This document shows positions 18,502 through 26,767 of a DNA stretch of 64,000 bases, in pieces. The DNA is from a virus (taxonomy: Duplodnaviria; Heunggongvirae; Uroviricota; Caudoviricetes). The notes beneath the pieces were generated by a model that had not been told where the DNA came from, ran no database searches, and worked only from the letters and a program-made list of their open reading frames with translations. Location: positions 1 through 64,000 of IMG/VR virus record IMGVR_UViG_2703718833_000007; one strand, 5' to 3'. The position numbers and the translations under genes are program-made. Numbering within the stretch: position 1 is the first letter of the stretch; each line of letters begins with the position of its first letter.

Positions 18502-19223
18502 TGAATCTGGAGTCAATTCTTAAATTCCACTTCCCAAAATCACCGCATTTGTCAGATGAAAGTCGTGGCACGTCACCGGACGCGCTTAATACTACGGATG
18601 CGCTAACTGCCGCTGGTATGGCGCAATCGCGCGTAGAGCTTGGTTATAGCGCTTTTTTAGGGAAGATGGAACTATCACAAGCCGAAAAGCACAGGGCCGT
18701 AGTTTTGCTTACAGAGCGTTTAAGAGCTATGGCAAAAGATTATAAATACGTTATGGAACTGGACGAGGTGCGACGAAATGATCTCATTATTCTTGTTGCC
18801 GTTTTCGCATTTCGGGATTATTGCCAGAGTGCCGCGACGGAAAAAACTTGTATGGAGTGCGGCGGATATAAATTTACGTTTGACGAGTATGGGGAAAAAC
18901 ACCTTTGCAAAAAATGCAAGGGGCATGGGAAAGTTCTTAATCATTGCAAACAATGCAAGGGCCGTGGAGAAGTGCCTGATAAAGCAGCCAGCGAAGCGGC
19001 GGAAATGCCCGTGTTCAAAACGTGCCAGCATTGCGGCGGGCGCGGGTACTCGCGTTTCCCTGTAGATCTTGTCCGGCAGGCGGTTAATCAGCTTGTCTTT
19101 CCTGTAAGCCGATCAACATGGTGGAAGAAATACCGTGCTTTCTATGAAGACGCCATTGCTGAATTGTTCAAAGAAGAGGCGCGGGCTGATAACGAAATTA
19201 AACGAGTGACGCGGGGTGAATGA
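18501..19223 (+). CDS. DnaJ-type zinc-finger protein in late-antiterminator (Q) position
   Basis: 240 aa; four CxxCxGxG repeats; located after nin-like genes where lambdoid Q lies. Confidence 0.4.
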   Translation: MNLESILKFHFPKSPHLSDESRGTSPDALNTTDALTAAGMAQSRVELGYSAFLGKMELSQAEKHRAVVLLTERLRAMAKDYKYVMELDEVRRNDLIILVAVFAFRDYCQSAATEKTCMECGGYKFTFDEYGEKHLCKKCKGHGKVLNHCKQCKGRGEVPDKAASEAAEMPVFKTCQHCGGRGYSRFPVDLVRQAVNQLVFPVSRSTWWKKYRAFYEDAIAELFKEEARADNEIKRVTRGE

Positions 19224-19423
19224 TGGATAAGCTGGAAATAAACGATAAGTTTGCCGTTATCTTGTTCGAAGATAAAACGGGCGGTGCTTGGTGTAAGAAA
19301 GTTACTGGTGCTGAAGCGCGTTTAATATTGGGCATGGCAAGCGCATTAAACGAAGGTGAATTGCCAGCCGTGCCAGTTAAGCCAGTACATATTTACGGAC
19401 GGAGCAAAGACAATGAAGCCTAA
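19220..19423 (+). CDS. hypothetical protein (67 aa)
   Basis: ATGA overlap with upstream gene. Confidence 0.35.
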   Translation: MMDKLEINDKFAVILFEDKTGGAWCKKVTGAEARLILGMASALNEGELPAVPVKPVHIYGRSKDNEA

Positions 19424-19682
19424 ATTAAAAGAACATCTATTTGCAAAGCTGGTTAATGACCTGACGTTATCAGCGCGGTTGTGCGGTGATACGCAACAAT
19501 TGAGGGCATGGATAGCAAGGGATTTAAAAAAATATATTGAGCCTGGCGGGCCTGGTGACGAAATGACTATGGACAAGGCCATCAATCGCCGTTCGGCTGA
19601 ATGGTCAGTGAGTAACACCGGATTAACCGGATACATTGAAGGCTATAACGACTGTTTACAGGATCATAGCGATGGCAAATAA
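19413..19682 (+). CDS. hypothetical protein (89 aa)
   Basis: Start at ATG 19413 with GGAG RBS. Confidence 0.35.
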   Translation: MKPKLKEHLFAKLVNDLTLSARLCGDTQQLRAWIARDLKKYIEPGGPGDEMTMDKAINRRSAEWSVSNTGLTGYIEGYNDCLQDHSDGK

Positions 19683-19971
19683 ACACTTACATTTGAATTT
19701 AAAAGGAGAATACTTCCACGCTATCAGGGCGGGGAAGAAGGTCGAGGAATACCGGCTTTATAATGACTATTGGCGCAAACGCCTTGAGGGGCGCGACTAT
19801 ACAAGATTGATTCTTAAATGGGGATACCCTGCAAACGACGATAAGGAAAGAATCCTTGTTCTCCCTTACATGGGGTACAAGATAAAGACTATTCAGCATC
19901 CTTTGTTCGGTGATGAACCTGTTAAGGTTTTTGCTATCCACTGCGATATTTATTGGCAATATAGGTTTTAG
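19672..19971 (+). CDS. ASCH-domain-like protein
   Basis: IRAGKKVEEYR matches ASCH GxKxxExR-type motif; start ATG overlaps upstream stop. Confidence 0.45.
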   Translation: MANKHLHLNLKGEYFHAIRAGKKVEEYRLYNDYWRKRLEGRDYTRLILKWGYPANDDKERILVLPYMGYKIKTIQHPLFGDEPVKVFAIHCDIYWQYRF

Positions 19972-19974
19972 AAT

Positions 19975-20187
19975 ATGAAAAGTAACCGCAAGCGCCTTGT
20001 AAGGGCATACGACAAAGCATTAAAGGCTTTTGATGATCTGCGACGCAATAAGCGCCAGCGCCGTAAAGTTGCGCGCATGTTTGTAAGGTGGTTGCATAAT
20101 GAGGATTATTTCCTTAATGCTAGGCACATGACGCAGGATGTAGCAGACGCATTGGCTGACGAGAACGTTTATTATATGATGTGGTGA
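19975..20187 (+). CDS. hypothetical basic protein (70 aa)
   Basis: Operon-context ORF. Confidence 0.35.
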   Translation: MKSNRKRLVRAYDKALKAFDDLRRNKRQRRKVARMFVRWLHNEDYFLNARHMTQDVADALADENVYYMMW

Positions 20188-20191
20188 TAAT

Positions 20192-20557
20192 ATGCAAATA
20201 ATCATTGATTATCTTTGCCATGCTGCAAATACAATTTTTGGCATGTATCAACAACCATTCCTTCAGGAATGGGATGATATGCTAAACGACATCCTCGACA
20301 AAGGATTAATAATGGATGTTGACGAGCTTACAATCAGATTTAATTATGAGGGTGAAGAATATCTAATTTGGGTTGGTAATAGATGGTATTCATACGGTCA
20401 TATTTATTCAATTGGTGGTAAGTTCATTAAAAGAAACCAGGAATTTAGACCGCGCTTCCGCACAATGCGCCGCCTGCATGATCTGCATATGAAATTATTC
20501 GAAGATCAGGAAGCACGGGAATTATTCAAAATTTACGGGGATAAATCATGGAGCTAA
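20192..20557 (+). CDS. hypothetical protein (121 aa)
   Basis: Operon-context ORF. Confidence 0.4.
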   Translation: MQIIIDYLCHAANTIFGMYQQPFLQEWDDMLNDILDKGLIMDVDELTIRFNYEGEEYLIWVGNRWYSYGHIYSIGGKFIKRNQEFRPRFRTMRRLHDLHMKLFEDQEARELFKIYGDKSWS

Positions 20558-20778
20558 AAATCTGGCAGGCTATCGACGTGGTTGATAACGAATTATCTAT
20601 GTTTGCCACTGACGGGAAACGCGTGGTGATCGCTACATGGACACGCAACCACGATGATATTGCTTTTCGTCGCAAGGCGGCGGAATGGCTTTTCTCTGAT
20701 GGCGGCTACACGATGAACATCGCACAGCTTGCCAGAATGAAAGATGAAAAGCTGGTGGACAGCTACACAACTGCGTAA
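20548..20778 (+). CDS. hypothetical protein (76 aa)
   Basis: Operon-context ORF. Confidence 0.35.
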   Translation: MELKIWQAIDVVDNELSMFATDGKRVVIATWTRNHDDIAFRRKAAEWLFSDGGYTMNIAQLARMKDEKLVDSYTTA

Positions 20779-20788
20779 TGGGGTAAAT

Positions 20789-21019
20789 ATGCGTATCTAT
20801 GAGCACAAGCGGGATAAAACCCGCTTTTTTGTTCGTGCTGGCGTGGCGTACCAGTATCACGAATGCGGTTACATTGAGGCGCTTGCTTACGATCTGGACT
20901 TCGAGCAAGAAAAGGCATGGTTCGATTTTAAAATTTACCGTAAGCGCAAACCTACGCGCGACGAGCGCCACGCTATCCGGGACTTTTTAATCAGCATTGA
21001 GCGTTGGGAGTCAGATTAA
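20789..21019 (+). CDS. hypothetical protein (76 aa)
   Basis: Start at ATG 20789. Confidence 0.35.
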   Translation: MRIYEHKRDKTRFFVRAGVAYQYHECGYIEALAYDLDFEQEKAWFDFKIYRKRKPTRDERHAIRDFLISIERWESD

Positions 21020-21246
21020 TGAAAGTCAAATTCTTGCACGATCACGGTTATCCATCACTGAAACAGGTTGTTGGTAAGGTTGTTGATGTAGTTCATAGCG
21101 ATAATGTCACTTGCATGATTAACGGTGCTGACCTAATTGCCGCTGGCGCTGATGACCATTACATAAATCCGGCATGGTCGTATACGTTCAGCCTGGGCGA
21201 CTTCGTTGGCGACAAGGGGCGCGGGCTGGAAGTAGTCGAGGGTTAA
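21019..21246 (+). CDS. hypothetical protein (75 aa)
   Basis: TAATG overlap; GGGAG RBS. Confidence 0.35.
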   Translation: MKVKFLHDHGYPSLKQVVGKVVDVVHSDNVTCMINGADLIAAGADDHYINPAWSYTFSLGDFVGDKGRGLEVVEG

Positions 21247-21250
21247 CATC

Positions 21251-21499
21251 ATGGACGTTTACGAAGATCTATACCTCCAGACAGACACCAACACTTTTTA
21301 TTTTCTTAAAAACGGCGTCGTGTATCGCAGTGACGACGGGGTGATAATGAAAGAGTGGTTATTTAAGCGTGAAGACCTACTCGACGATCTGGTTTTTGCC
21401 GGGGTATTTCGTAAACGTCCGGCTAACATGAAAGAAGAGATGTTGATTGAGGTTATTAAAAATGAAAATCAGGGTAAGTTATTTCCGGGCGAAAGATAA
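21251..21499 (+). CDS. hypothetical protein (82 aa)
   Basis: Operon-context ORF. Confidence 0.35.
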   Translation: MDVYEDLYLQTDTNTFYFLKNGVVYRSDDGVIMKEWLFKREDLLDDLVFAGVFRKRPANMKEEMLIEVIKNENQGKLFPGER

Positions 21500-21713
21500 G
21501 GCAACAGGAAAGCAGGTGGCGATCCTGGTTAACGAGGCGCAGTACATGTTTGTCCTTCAACCGTGGTGTATAGCTGACTATAACGATGATTATCGCCGTC
21601 ACGCTGCGCGGAGTGCTGTAGGAATGAAAGGATGGCAGCCGCGCGACATGGAAAACTATTGTGATTGGAAATTGGTGGCAAAATACACGGTAGACTATAA
21701 AGGGGTTTTCTGA
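21462..21713 (+). CDS. hypothetical protein (83 aa)
   Basis: Start at ATG 21462 with GAGGT RBS; overlaps upstream ORF by 38 nt. Confidence 0.3.
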   Translation: MKIRVSYFRAKDKATGKQVAILVNEAQYMFVLQPWCIADYNDDYRRHAARSAVGMKGWQPRDMENYCDWKLVAKYTVDYKGVF

Positions 21714-21715
21714 TT

Positions 21716-21931
21716 ATGTTTGCAAGATGCGTTTACTCTGACACTGCGTGCTTTACTGTTGGTGAATTATATAGCGTTGATCTTCTTAACGGGTGCAAGC
21801 GCGGCGCTGGCGGCATTCATTATGTAAAGGATAATGATGGCGATGCGTGGCAAATTTACGGCGATCATGCAAAGTGGGCTGTTAAGGGAAGTTTTGACAA
21901 TCGCGTGATGGCGCGTTTTGTTAAGTGGTAA
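21716..21931 (+). CDS. hypothetical protein (71 aa)
   Basis: Operon-context ORF. Confidence 0.35.
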   Translation: MFARCVYSDTACFTVGELYSVDLLNGCKRGAGGIHYVKDNDGDAWQIYGDHAKWAVKGSFDNRVMARFVKW

Positions 21932-21977
21932 TGTCGTTTACATCAATAAATGTGATCTACCACGCAAAGTTTACGAA

Positions 21978-22343
21978 ATGGCATTGTTTCGGCAGTGCCA
22001 TTTTGTTATATATAAGCCACTGAAAGACGGATGGTGCAAAATCATGAAAAGCGACAAATTCATTGCGTGCTGTTTTGTTGAAGTGCCTAAAGGTGATTTT
22101 TTCTTCAATTATGAATTTAAAGATAGTTTAGGAAGATCTCATGTTGTCGCTGGTAAGCGTGGAGACTGGTTGTATATCACTGATGGGGACAGGATCTTCA
22201 CTAAAAACCAGTTATTCAGAATAAAGGCAGAAAATAATGAAATACCAGTAGGCAATATGGGGATTATGAATTATCACGCTGGTTTATCGTTAAAGCACGA
22301 TGCGGTAAATAAAGCGCGTAGCTTACCTGGTGCGGAGTTTTAA
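21978..22343 (+). CDS. hypothetical protein (start ambiguous: 21978 or 22044)
   Basis: Track ORF begins with non-ATG codon; first ATGs at 21978 and 22044. Confidence 0.3.
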   Translation: MALFRQCHFVIYKPLKDGWCKIMKSDKFIACCFVEVPKGDFFFNYEFKDSLGRSHVVAGKRGDWLYITDGDRIFTKNQLFRIKAENNEIPVGNMGIMNYHAGLSLKHDAVNKARSLPGAEF

Positions 22344-22345
22344 TT

Positions 22346-22600
22346 ATGGTTGTGATCAGACTATGGCGCGGCAATAGCCGATTTGATGGTGAGTACGTCC
22401 GCGTGATTGAAGATGTTAATCGTGGTCGGTTTTATGAATTGGTATACAGCGAAAAAAGGGAGAAAGAATATCTGAACGAATCGACCCCTATGTGGCGTAA
22501 AGTGGCTGGCCTTGCCTTAATTCTGCGCCGCGGGTTTTATACAGATCACAACACACTAACAGATGCGGAACTAGTGACAATTCTTTACAAAGGAGAATAA
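22346..22600 (+). CDS. hypothetical protein (84 aa)
   Basis: Operon-context ORF. Confidence 0.35.
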   Translation: MVVIRLWRGNSRFDGEYVRVIEDVNRGRFYELVYSEKREKEYLNESTPMWRKVAGLALILRRGFYTDHNTLTDAELVTILYKGE

Positions 22601-22603
22601 CAA

Positions 22604-22927
22604 ATGTCTAAATTTATCAGCGTTAATGTTTTCCGTGGCAATTTTCCAGAAGATAAAGAAATTGGACAATTCGCAGGTGAACGTGGCGTATGTTTCCGTG
22701 TAGCTACTGAAGACGATGCGCACGTTAAATGCTTTCACGTATCTGAACCGCCTTTTAATGCAGACCATCTTGAAGACCTGAATAGAATTAAAAGCCTTAT
22801 TTTTGCTTATCTGGCGTTCCCTGGTATTGGTGATACTGATGTCGAATTACTTGGCGCTGAACTGTTTGCGGAATACAAAATGACTGAAGGGGTAGAAGGG
22901 GGAATTGAAATTGAGCGCATCAAATAA
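22604..22927 (+). CDS. hypothetical protein (107 aa)
   Basis: Operon-context ORF. Confidence 0.4.
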   Translation: MSKFISVNVFRGNFPEDKEIGQFAGERGVCFRVATEDDAHVKCFHVSEPPFNADHLEDLNRIKSLIFAYLAFPGIGDTDVELLGAELFAEYKMTEGVEGGIEIERIK

Positions 22928-23162
22928 GCTGTATAAAGTCATGTGTAAAGGTGAATATCATGGCTTTACGGTTGGTTGCGAATACCTGGGCCACATTGGG
23001 TACGGCCCTTTCGGTGAACTGGGAATGAATACGATGGACGACGATGGAGACAGCAGGACGCTTGATCTTGATTCTGATGATTTCGAATACATCCCGCCGG
23101 TAACTTACCGCGACGTTGATGATTTCCTGGCTGAACATGAAGACGAGGACGATGATGATTGA
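22905..23162 (+). CDS. hypothetical protein with acidic C-terminal tail
   Basis: C-terminus EHEDEDDDD; start uncertain. Confidence 0.35.
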   Translation: MKLSASNKLYKVMCKGEYHGFTVGCEYLGHIGYGPFGELGMNTMDDDGDSRTLDLDSDDFEYIPPVTYRDVDDFLAEHEDEDDDD

Positions 23163-23352
23163 ATGCCTTATTGCTGTGATTGTTTTGCTTTATATCGCTG
23201 GCGCGATCCTGATGTCATGTTTTATTAAGGTTAGCGGCGCTGAACATGGTGGCCTTGAGATTCCCTTCTGGCCTGTATTGGTTTTTCTCGCTTTCTTTGA
23301 TGCTACGGTAGTGCAGATCAAGCGAGCCATTAAGGAGCGCAAGAATGATTGA
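23152..23352 (+). CDS. small membrane protein (two TM helices)
   Basis: Hydrophobic segments; start overlaps upstream stop. Confidence 0.35.
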   Translation: MMIECLIAVIVLLYIAGAILMSCFIKVSGAEHGGLEIPFWPVLVFLAFFDATVVQIKRAIKERKND

Positions 23353-23527
23353 AGATGGCATCTATGGTGTAAACCTTATTGAAAACGTATTTTACATGGT
23401 TGATGGCGATACCGTGACAATCAGCGTAAACGGTGGTGAATATGTAGAGCCATTCTTCAAAACAACAAAGGAAGACATTAAGCGAAGCGTTGATAAAGGC
23501 GTACTATTTAAGGTTGGCGAACTATGA
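23345..23527 (+). CDS. hypothetical protein (60 aa)
   Basis: Operon-context ORF. Confidence 0.35.
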   Translation: MIEDGIYGVNLIENVFYMVDGDTVTISVNGGEYVEPFFKTTKEDIKRSVDKGVLFKVGEL

Positions 23528-23700
23528 GCGAGATAGAAGACGGTATCTATTTTCACAAGGTATTTAACATCGTCTATTTACTTAGAGGTGAATCGGTGAT
23601 GATAAAACCTGATGATGATCCGCATTGGGAATCAAGCGACATGGATCGGTGGCATATGCAAACATTGCTAGATAATGGCCTGATATACAGAAAGCAGTAA
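23524..23700 (+). CDS. hypothetical protein (58 aa)
   Basis: ATGA overlap; below track cutoff. Confidence 0.3.
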   Translation: MSEIEDGIYFHKVFNIVYLLRGESVMIKPDDDPHWESSDMDRWHMQTLLDNGLIYRKQ

Positions 23701-23765
23701 AGCCGTATTTGTGGAGCGAAAACAAACAGATTAAAATATTCTCTAACAATGCGAAACTGTAACTA

Positions 23766-23787
23766 CCCGGCCCCGCGCCGGGTTTTT
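23766..23787 (+). terminator. rho-independent terminator immediately upstream of lysis cassette (tR-prime-like)
   Basis: CCCGGC-CCCGC-GCCGGG hairpin followed by TTTTT, about 20 nt before holin RBS. Confidence 0.5.
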
Positions 23788-23807
23788 GCTTTGTTGGAGG
23801 TAAATCT

Positions 23808-24008
23808 ATGTTCGAAAGAATACGGGAGGCGTGTGCGTATGTGGCTGGTGCAGTAACCGCTTTTTTCGGCGCGATAACCATCAATGACGTTGCCGTCTTT
23901 GTGGGTATCTTATCAACCATTGGCACATTTGCCGTTAACTATTACTTCAAATCACAGGAGAACAAGAGGGCGCAAGAGGAACACGACGCACGAATGGGGA
24001 ATAAGTAA
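23808..24008 (+). CDS. pinholin (phage 21 S-like class II holin)
   Basis: 66 aa, two TM helices, charged C-terminus; precedes SAR endolysin; GGAGG RBS. Confidence 0.65.
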   Translation: MFERIREACAYVAGAVTAFFGAITINDVAVFVGILSTIGTFAVNYYFKSQENKRAQEEHDARMGNK

Positions 24009-24009
24009 C

Positions 24010-24501
24010 ATGATTAGCCAATCGCTGAAAAACCGACTAACTAAGGCGGCGGCTGGTGGAACGTTAGCCATTGCATCTGTTTTGCTTGTATGGGTTGAGG
24101 GTACGGCTTACGAGCCTTATTACGATACCGGAGGCGTGCTAACTGTATGCAATGGCATAACCGGCCATGATGTTGTCCCTGGTAAGAGATATACACCGGA
24201 TGAATGCGAGAGACTTTTGCAAAAGCATTTAACCGTTCACAAAAAGGCGGTTGATCGTTATGTAAAAGTTGACATGAATGATTATCAACGCGCAGCGCTA
24301 ATTAGCTTTTCATACAATATCGGGGTTGACGCTTTCAAAAAATCAACCTTGTTAAAAAAAATAAACAAAGGCGACTTTAAGGGAGCGTGTAAGGAGATGG
24401 ATCGCTGGGTGTATGACAATGGGAGATATATACAAGGCTTAAAGAATCGTCGCGATATTGAACGTGCTATATGTGAATGGGGCGTAACCAATGGAAAGTG
24501 A
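24010..24501 (+). CDS. SAR endolysin (GH24 phage lysozyme with N-terminal signal-anchor-release helix)
   Basis: 163 aa from ATG 24010; weakly hydrophobic Gly/Ala-rich N-terminal helix; lysozyme motifs recalled as similar to phage 21 R. Confidence 0.8.
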   Translation: MISQSLKNRLTKAAAGGTLAIASVLLVWVEGTAYEPYYDTGGVLTVCNGITGHDVVPGKRYTPDECERLLQKHLTVHKKAVDRYVKVDMNDYQRAALISFSYNIGVDAFKKSTLLKKINKGDFKGACKEMDRWVYDNGRYIQGLKNRRDIERAICEWGVTNGK

Positions 24502-25012
24502 TGATGAACTAAAACGAAAGCTACACTACGATCCAGCGACAGGTATTTTCACCTATAAGATTAGTCCTCACGGGAGAATCAAGGCCGGAAGCGTAGCCGG
24601 GTGTAAGCATAAAAGCGGATACATACACATAGGAAGATATAAAGCGCATCGCCTTGCGTGGTTTTTCCATTATGGAGTGTGGCCCGAAAAGGACATTGAC
24701 CATATTAATGGAATAAAAACCGACAACAGGATAGTAAACCTGCGAGAAACAGATGATGCGCATAACTGCAGAAACAAGAAACATATTGCCACTCACACAT
24801 TGTCTGCATTCAGGGGTGTTAGCTACCACAAAACAGAGAGAAGCAAGCCTAAATGGCGAGTAAGAATTACCGACAATGAAGGTAAGCGTATATCTATTGG
24901 TTTATTTGACTCACTAGACGAAGCGATCGCCGCTCGCATTTTGGCGGAAAACTTTTTCTATGGTGAATATGCACCTTCGATGGGTTGCGAGGGTGAAACA
25001 TGGACAAGGTGA
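24491..25012 (+). CDS. HNH endonuclease with AP2 domain, copy 3 (divergent), inserted between endolysin and Rz
   Basis: IDHINGIKTDNRIVNL HNH_3 motif and AP2-like RGV...W segment. Confidence 0.7.
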   Translation: MESDDELKRKLHYDPATGIFTYKISPHGRIKAGSVAGCKHKSGYIHIGRYKAHRLAWFFHYGVWPEKDIDHINGIKTDNRIVNLRETDDAHNCRNKKHIATHTLSAFRGVSYHKTERSKPKWRVRITDNEGKRISIGLFDSLDEAIAARILAENFFYGEYAPSMGCEGETWTR

Positions 25013-25470
25013 AGACGTTAATCATCGCCGCTGTTGTTTGCATCATTGCCGGGCTTGCTGCCGTAACGTGCTATTACCAGGGTGAAACGGCAAGGTTGCA
25101 GGAAGAAGTCACGGTGACGAAAGGCGCGCTAAAAACAGCAAGTAACACTATTCAGCAGATGAAGGAGCGAAACGCAGAACTGTCAAAACTTGATAAGAGG
25201 TATCACGATGAGATTAAAGCTATCAGATCTGACATTGCCGATCTGCGCACTGGCATTGATAACGGCACTATCAGGCTGCGCGTCAACGCAATACCAGTGC
25301 GAGTGTCCGACTCCACCGGAACCGCCAGCCGCATTGATGGAGCCTCCTGTAGACTCACTCCCGACGCTGAATCGGCTTATCTATCCCTCAGAGAACAACT
25401 AAAAGAGAAAGATGCGAAGATAACCGCGCTTCAGGGCTACATCAAAACGCAGTGCTTACGCAAAGAATAA
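25000..25470 (+). CDS. Rz-like i-spanin
   Basis: 156 aa; N-terminal TM helix, coiled-coil periplasmic domain; contains embedded Rz1 frame. Confidence 0.7.
   Translation: MDKVKTLIIAAVVCIIAGLAAVTCYYQGETARLQEEVTVTKGALKTASNTIQQMKERNAELSKLDKRYHDEIKAIRSDIADLRTGIDNGTIRLRVNAIPVRVSDSTGTASRIDGASCRLTPDAESAYLSLREQLKEKDAKITALQGYIKTQCLRKE
25208..25402 (+). CDS. Rz1-like o-spanin (lipoprotein embedded in Rz, alternate frame)
   Basis: 64 aa; signal peptide with LSGC lipobox, proline-rich mature region. Confidence 0.7.
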   Translation: MRLKLSDLTLPICALALITALSGCASTQYQCECPTPPEPPAALMEPPVDSLPTLNRLIYPSENN

Positions 25471-25750
25471 CAGCGCGTGGACGTGTCGCCGTTTCTGCCA
25501 GCCAGCCATAACCGGGCCAATCCTTCCCGCGAGCGACGGCGGAAAAGTCAAAAACACGTAATACCGGATGCACGTCATCCCATTAACAGGTCAGGCGCTA
25601 CCTGGGTAGAAGAAAGCGCCACCCACCAGTTTATAAAATTCTGCAAACGTTACTCACACAGCGCCGTTTTCAGTGTTTTATAGCTGTTTTCACTCCCTGC
25701 TGTGTCCAGTTTTGCGGGGGTTATATTTTTCAGGATAGAGGAATATTCTG

Positions 25751-26335
25751 ATGGCTAAGGCTAAAGGCATTAAGTTGCCTCAATTCAAAGTCCCGCTCTT
25801 TGAGCATACAACAGTTTTCTTTTGCCCGACCCGCGACATGTTCTATGAATTTTGCGAAAAGGCAGGGATCCCAATCGAACCTGATTTCGAACTGGCAGGA
25901 GGATTAACACTTACTTGCACTGGCGAGAAAGGCGGTAACTTCTACGTGATCGCAGTATTCGACAATGAGTTAGGAACTCTGGTGCATGAAGCGGCCCACA
26001 CTACGTTTCACGTATTAAGTGATGTAGGCGTAGTGGCGACCACTGATCCCAGCCATCCGGCAAACGAGACTTATGCTTACATGGTAGGCCGCATCTTTGA
26101 TGCTTTCTTCCCCATCCTGGCGGAATCAAATGAAGCACAGGTGGCAGCAATGCAGGCAGCTGAAGTCGTAGAGAAGGCATTAGAACAGGCAGAAAAGGCG
26201 ACTGATGCAGCAGAGCAGGCAGTAGAGCAGGCAGAGGAGCCGAAAGAAGAGAAAAAACCAGCTAAGAAAGGCAAACGTAAGCCTAAAGCAAAAGAGGCGC
26301 TTGTACCGCGTATTATGAGCTTTAAACGAGGCTGA
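25751..26335 (+). CDS. hypothetical protein with HExxH motif and Lys/Ala/Glu-rich C-terminal tail
   Basis: 194 aa; LVHEAAHTTFH contains HEAAH; basic low-complexity tail. Confidence 0.4.
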   Translation: MAKAKGIKLPQFKVPLFEHTTVFFCPTRDMFYEFCEKAGIPIEPDFELAGGLTLTCTGEKGGNFYVIAVFDNELGTLVHEAAHTTFHVLSDVGVVATTDPSHPANETYAYMVGRIFDAFFPILAESNEAQVAAMQAAEVVEKALEQAEKATDAAEQAVEQAEEPKEEKKPAKKGKRKPKAKEALVPRIMSFKRG

Positions 26336-26337
26336 TT

Positions 26338-26412
26338 ATGATTGACCCGCTCATTATCCTTTCTTCCTGCGTCGCTGTATGGCTGGCGATCATGATATTC
26401 ATTGAAAGCTGA
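26338..26412 (+). CDS. micro-ORF 1 of tandem array: 24-aa single-TM peptide
   Basis: MIDPLIILSSCVAVWLAIMIFIES; GAGG RBS; starts 3 nt after upstream stop. Confidence 0.35.
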   Translation: MIDPLIILSSCVAVWLAIMIFIES

Positions 26413-26422
26413 AGGTGTTCAC

Positions 26423-26497
26423 ATGAATATTTACGATCTCATCTGGTGGTCGTTGGTCGCCGTCATTATCTATTTATGGTGGAAGAATGTTGTATAG
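26423..26497 (+). CDS. micro-ORF 2: 24-aa single-TM peptide
   Basis: MNIYDLIWWSLVAVIIYLWWKNVV; AAGGTG RBS. Confidence 0.35.
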   Translation: MNIYDLIWWSLVAVIIYLWWKNVV

Positions 26498-26505
26498 GTG
26501 ACGGC

Positions 26506-26604
26506 ATGGATATATTCGAATTACTGGCGATTATGTGCGGAATGATGTTAGGCACTGTCGCCATAATCATCATCATCGGCCTTGTTATGGGTAGCATCAA
26601 ATGA
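26506..26604 (+). CDS. micro-ORF 3: 32-aa single-TM peptide
   Basis: MDIFELLAIMCGMMLGTVAIIIIIGLVMGSIK; AGGTGA RBS. Confidence 0.35.
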   Translation: MDIFELLAIMCGMMLGTVAIIIIIGLVMGSIK

Positions 26605-26681
26605 ACGCATACGAAATGCTATTGCTGGTGGCTGTTATTACAGTTATCGCCGTTGATTTTTATCGAGGGTTGAAAAGATGA
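26601..26681 (+). CDS. micro-ORF 4: 26-aa single-TM peptide
   Basis: MNAYEMLLLVAVITVIAVDFYRGLKR; ATGA overlap with ORF 3. Confidence 0.35.
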   Translation: MNAYEMLLLVAVITVIAVDFYRGLKR

Positions 26682-26749
26682 GAGAAGCAGACTTCTTTTG
26701 CATGATTATGGTGATCGTCATCGTTGCCGTGCTTTTAAGCGTTAACTGA
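26678..26749 (+). CDS. micro-ORF 5: 23-aa single-TM peptide
   Basis: MREADFFCMIMVIVIVAVLLSVN; ATGA overlap with ORF 4. Confidence 0.35.
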   Translation: MREADFFCMIMVIVIVAVLLSVN

Positions 26750-26767
26750 ATCGCAGGGGGGTTAAAA

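Noticed and set aside
25477-25683. 68-aa ORF between Rz and the HExxH gene
   Set aside because: No ribosome-binding site, Arg/Ser-rich low-complexity translation; region more likely non-coding. Kept as uncertain.
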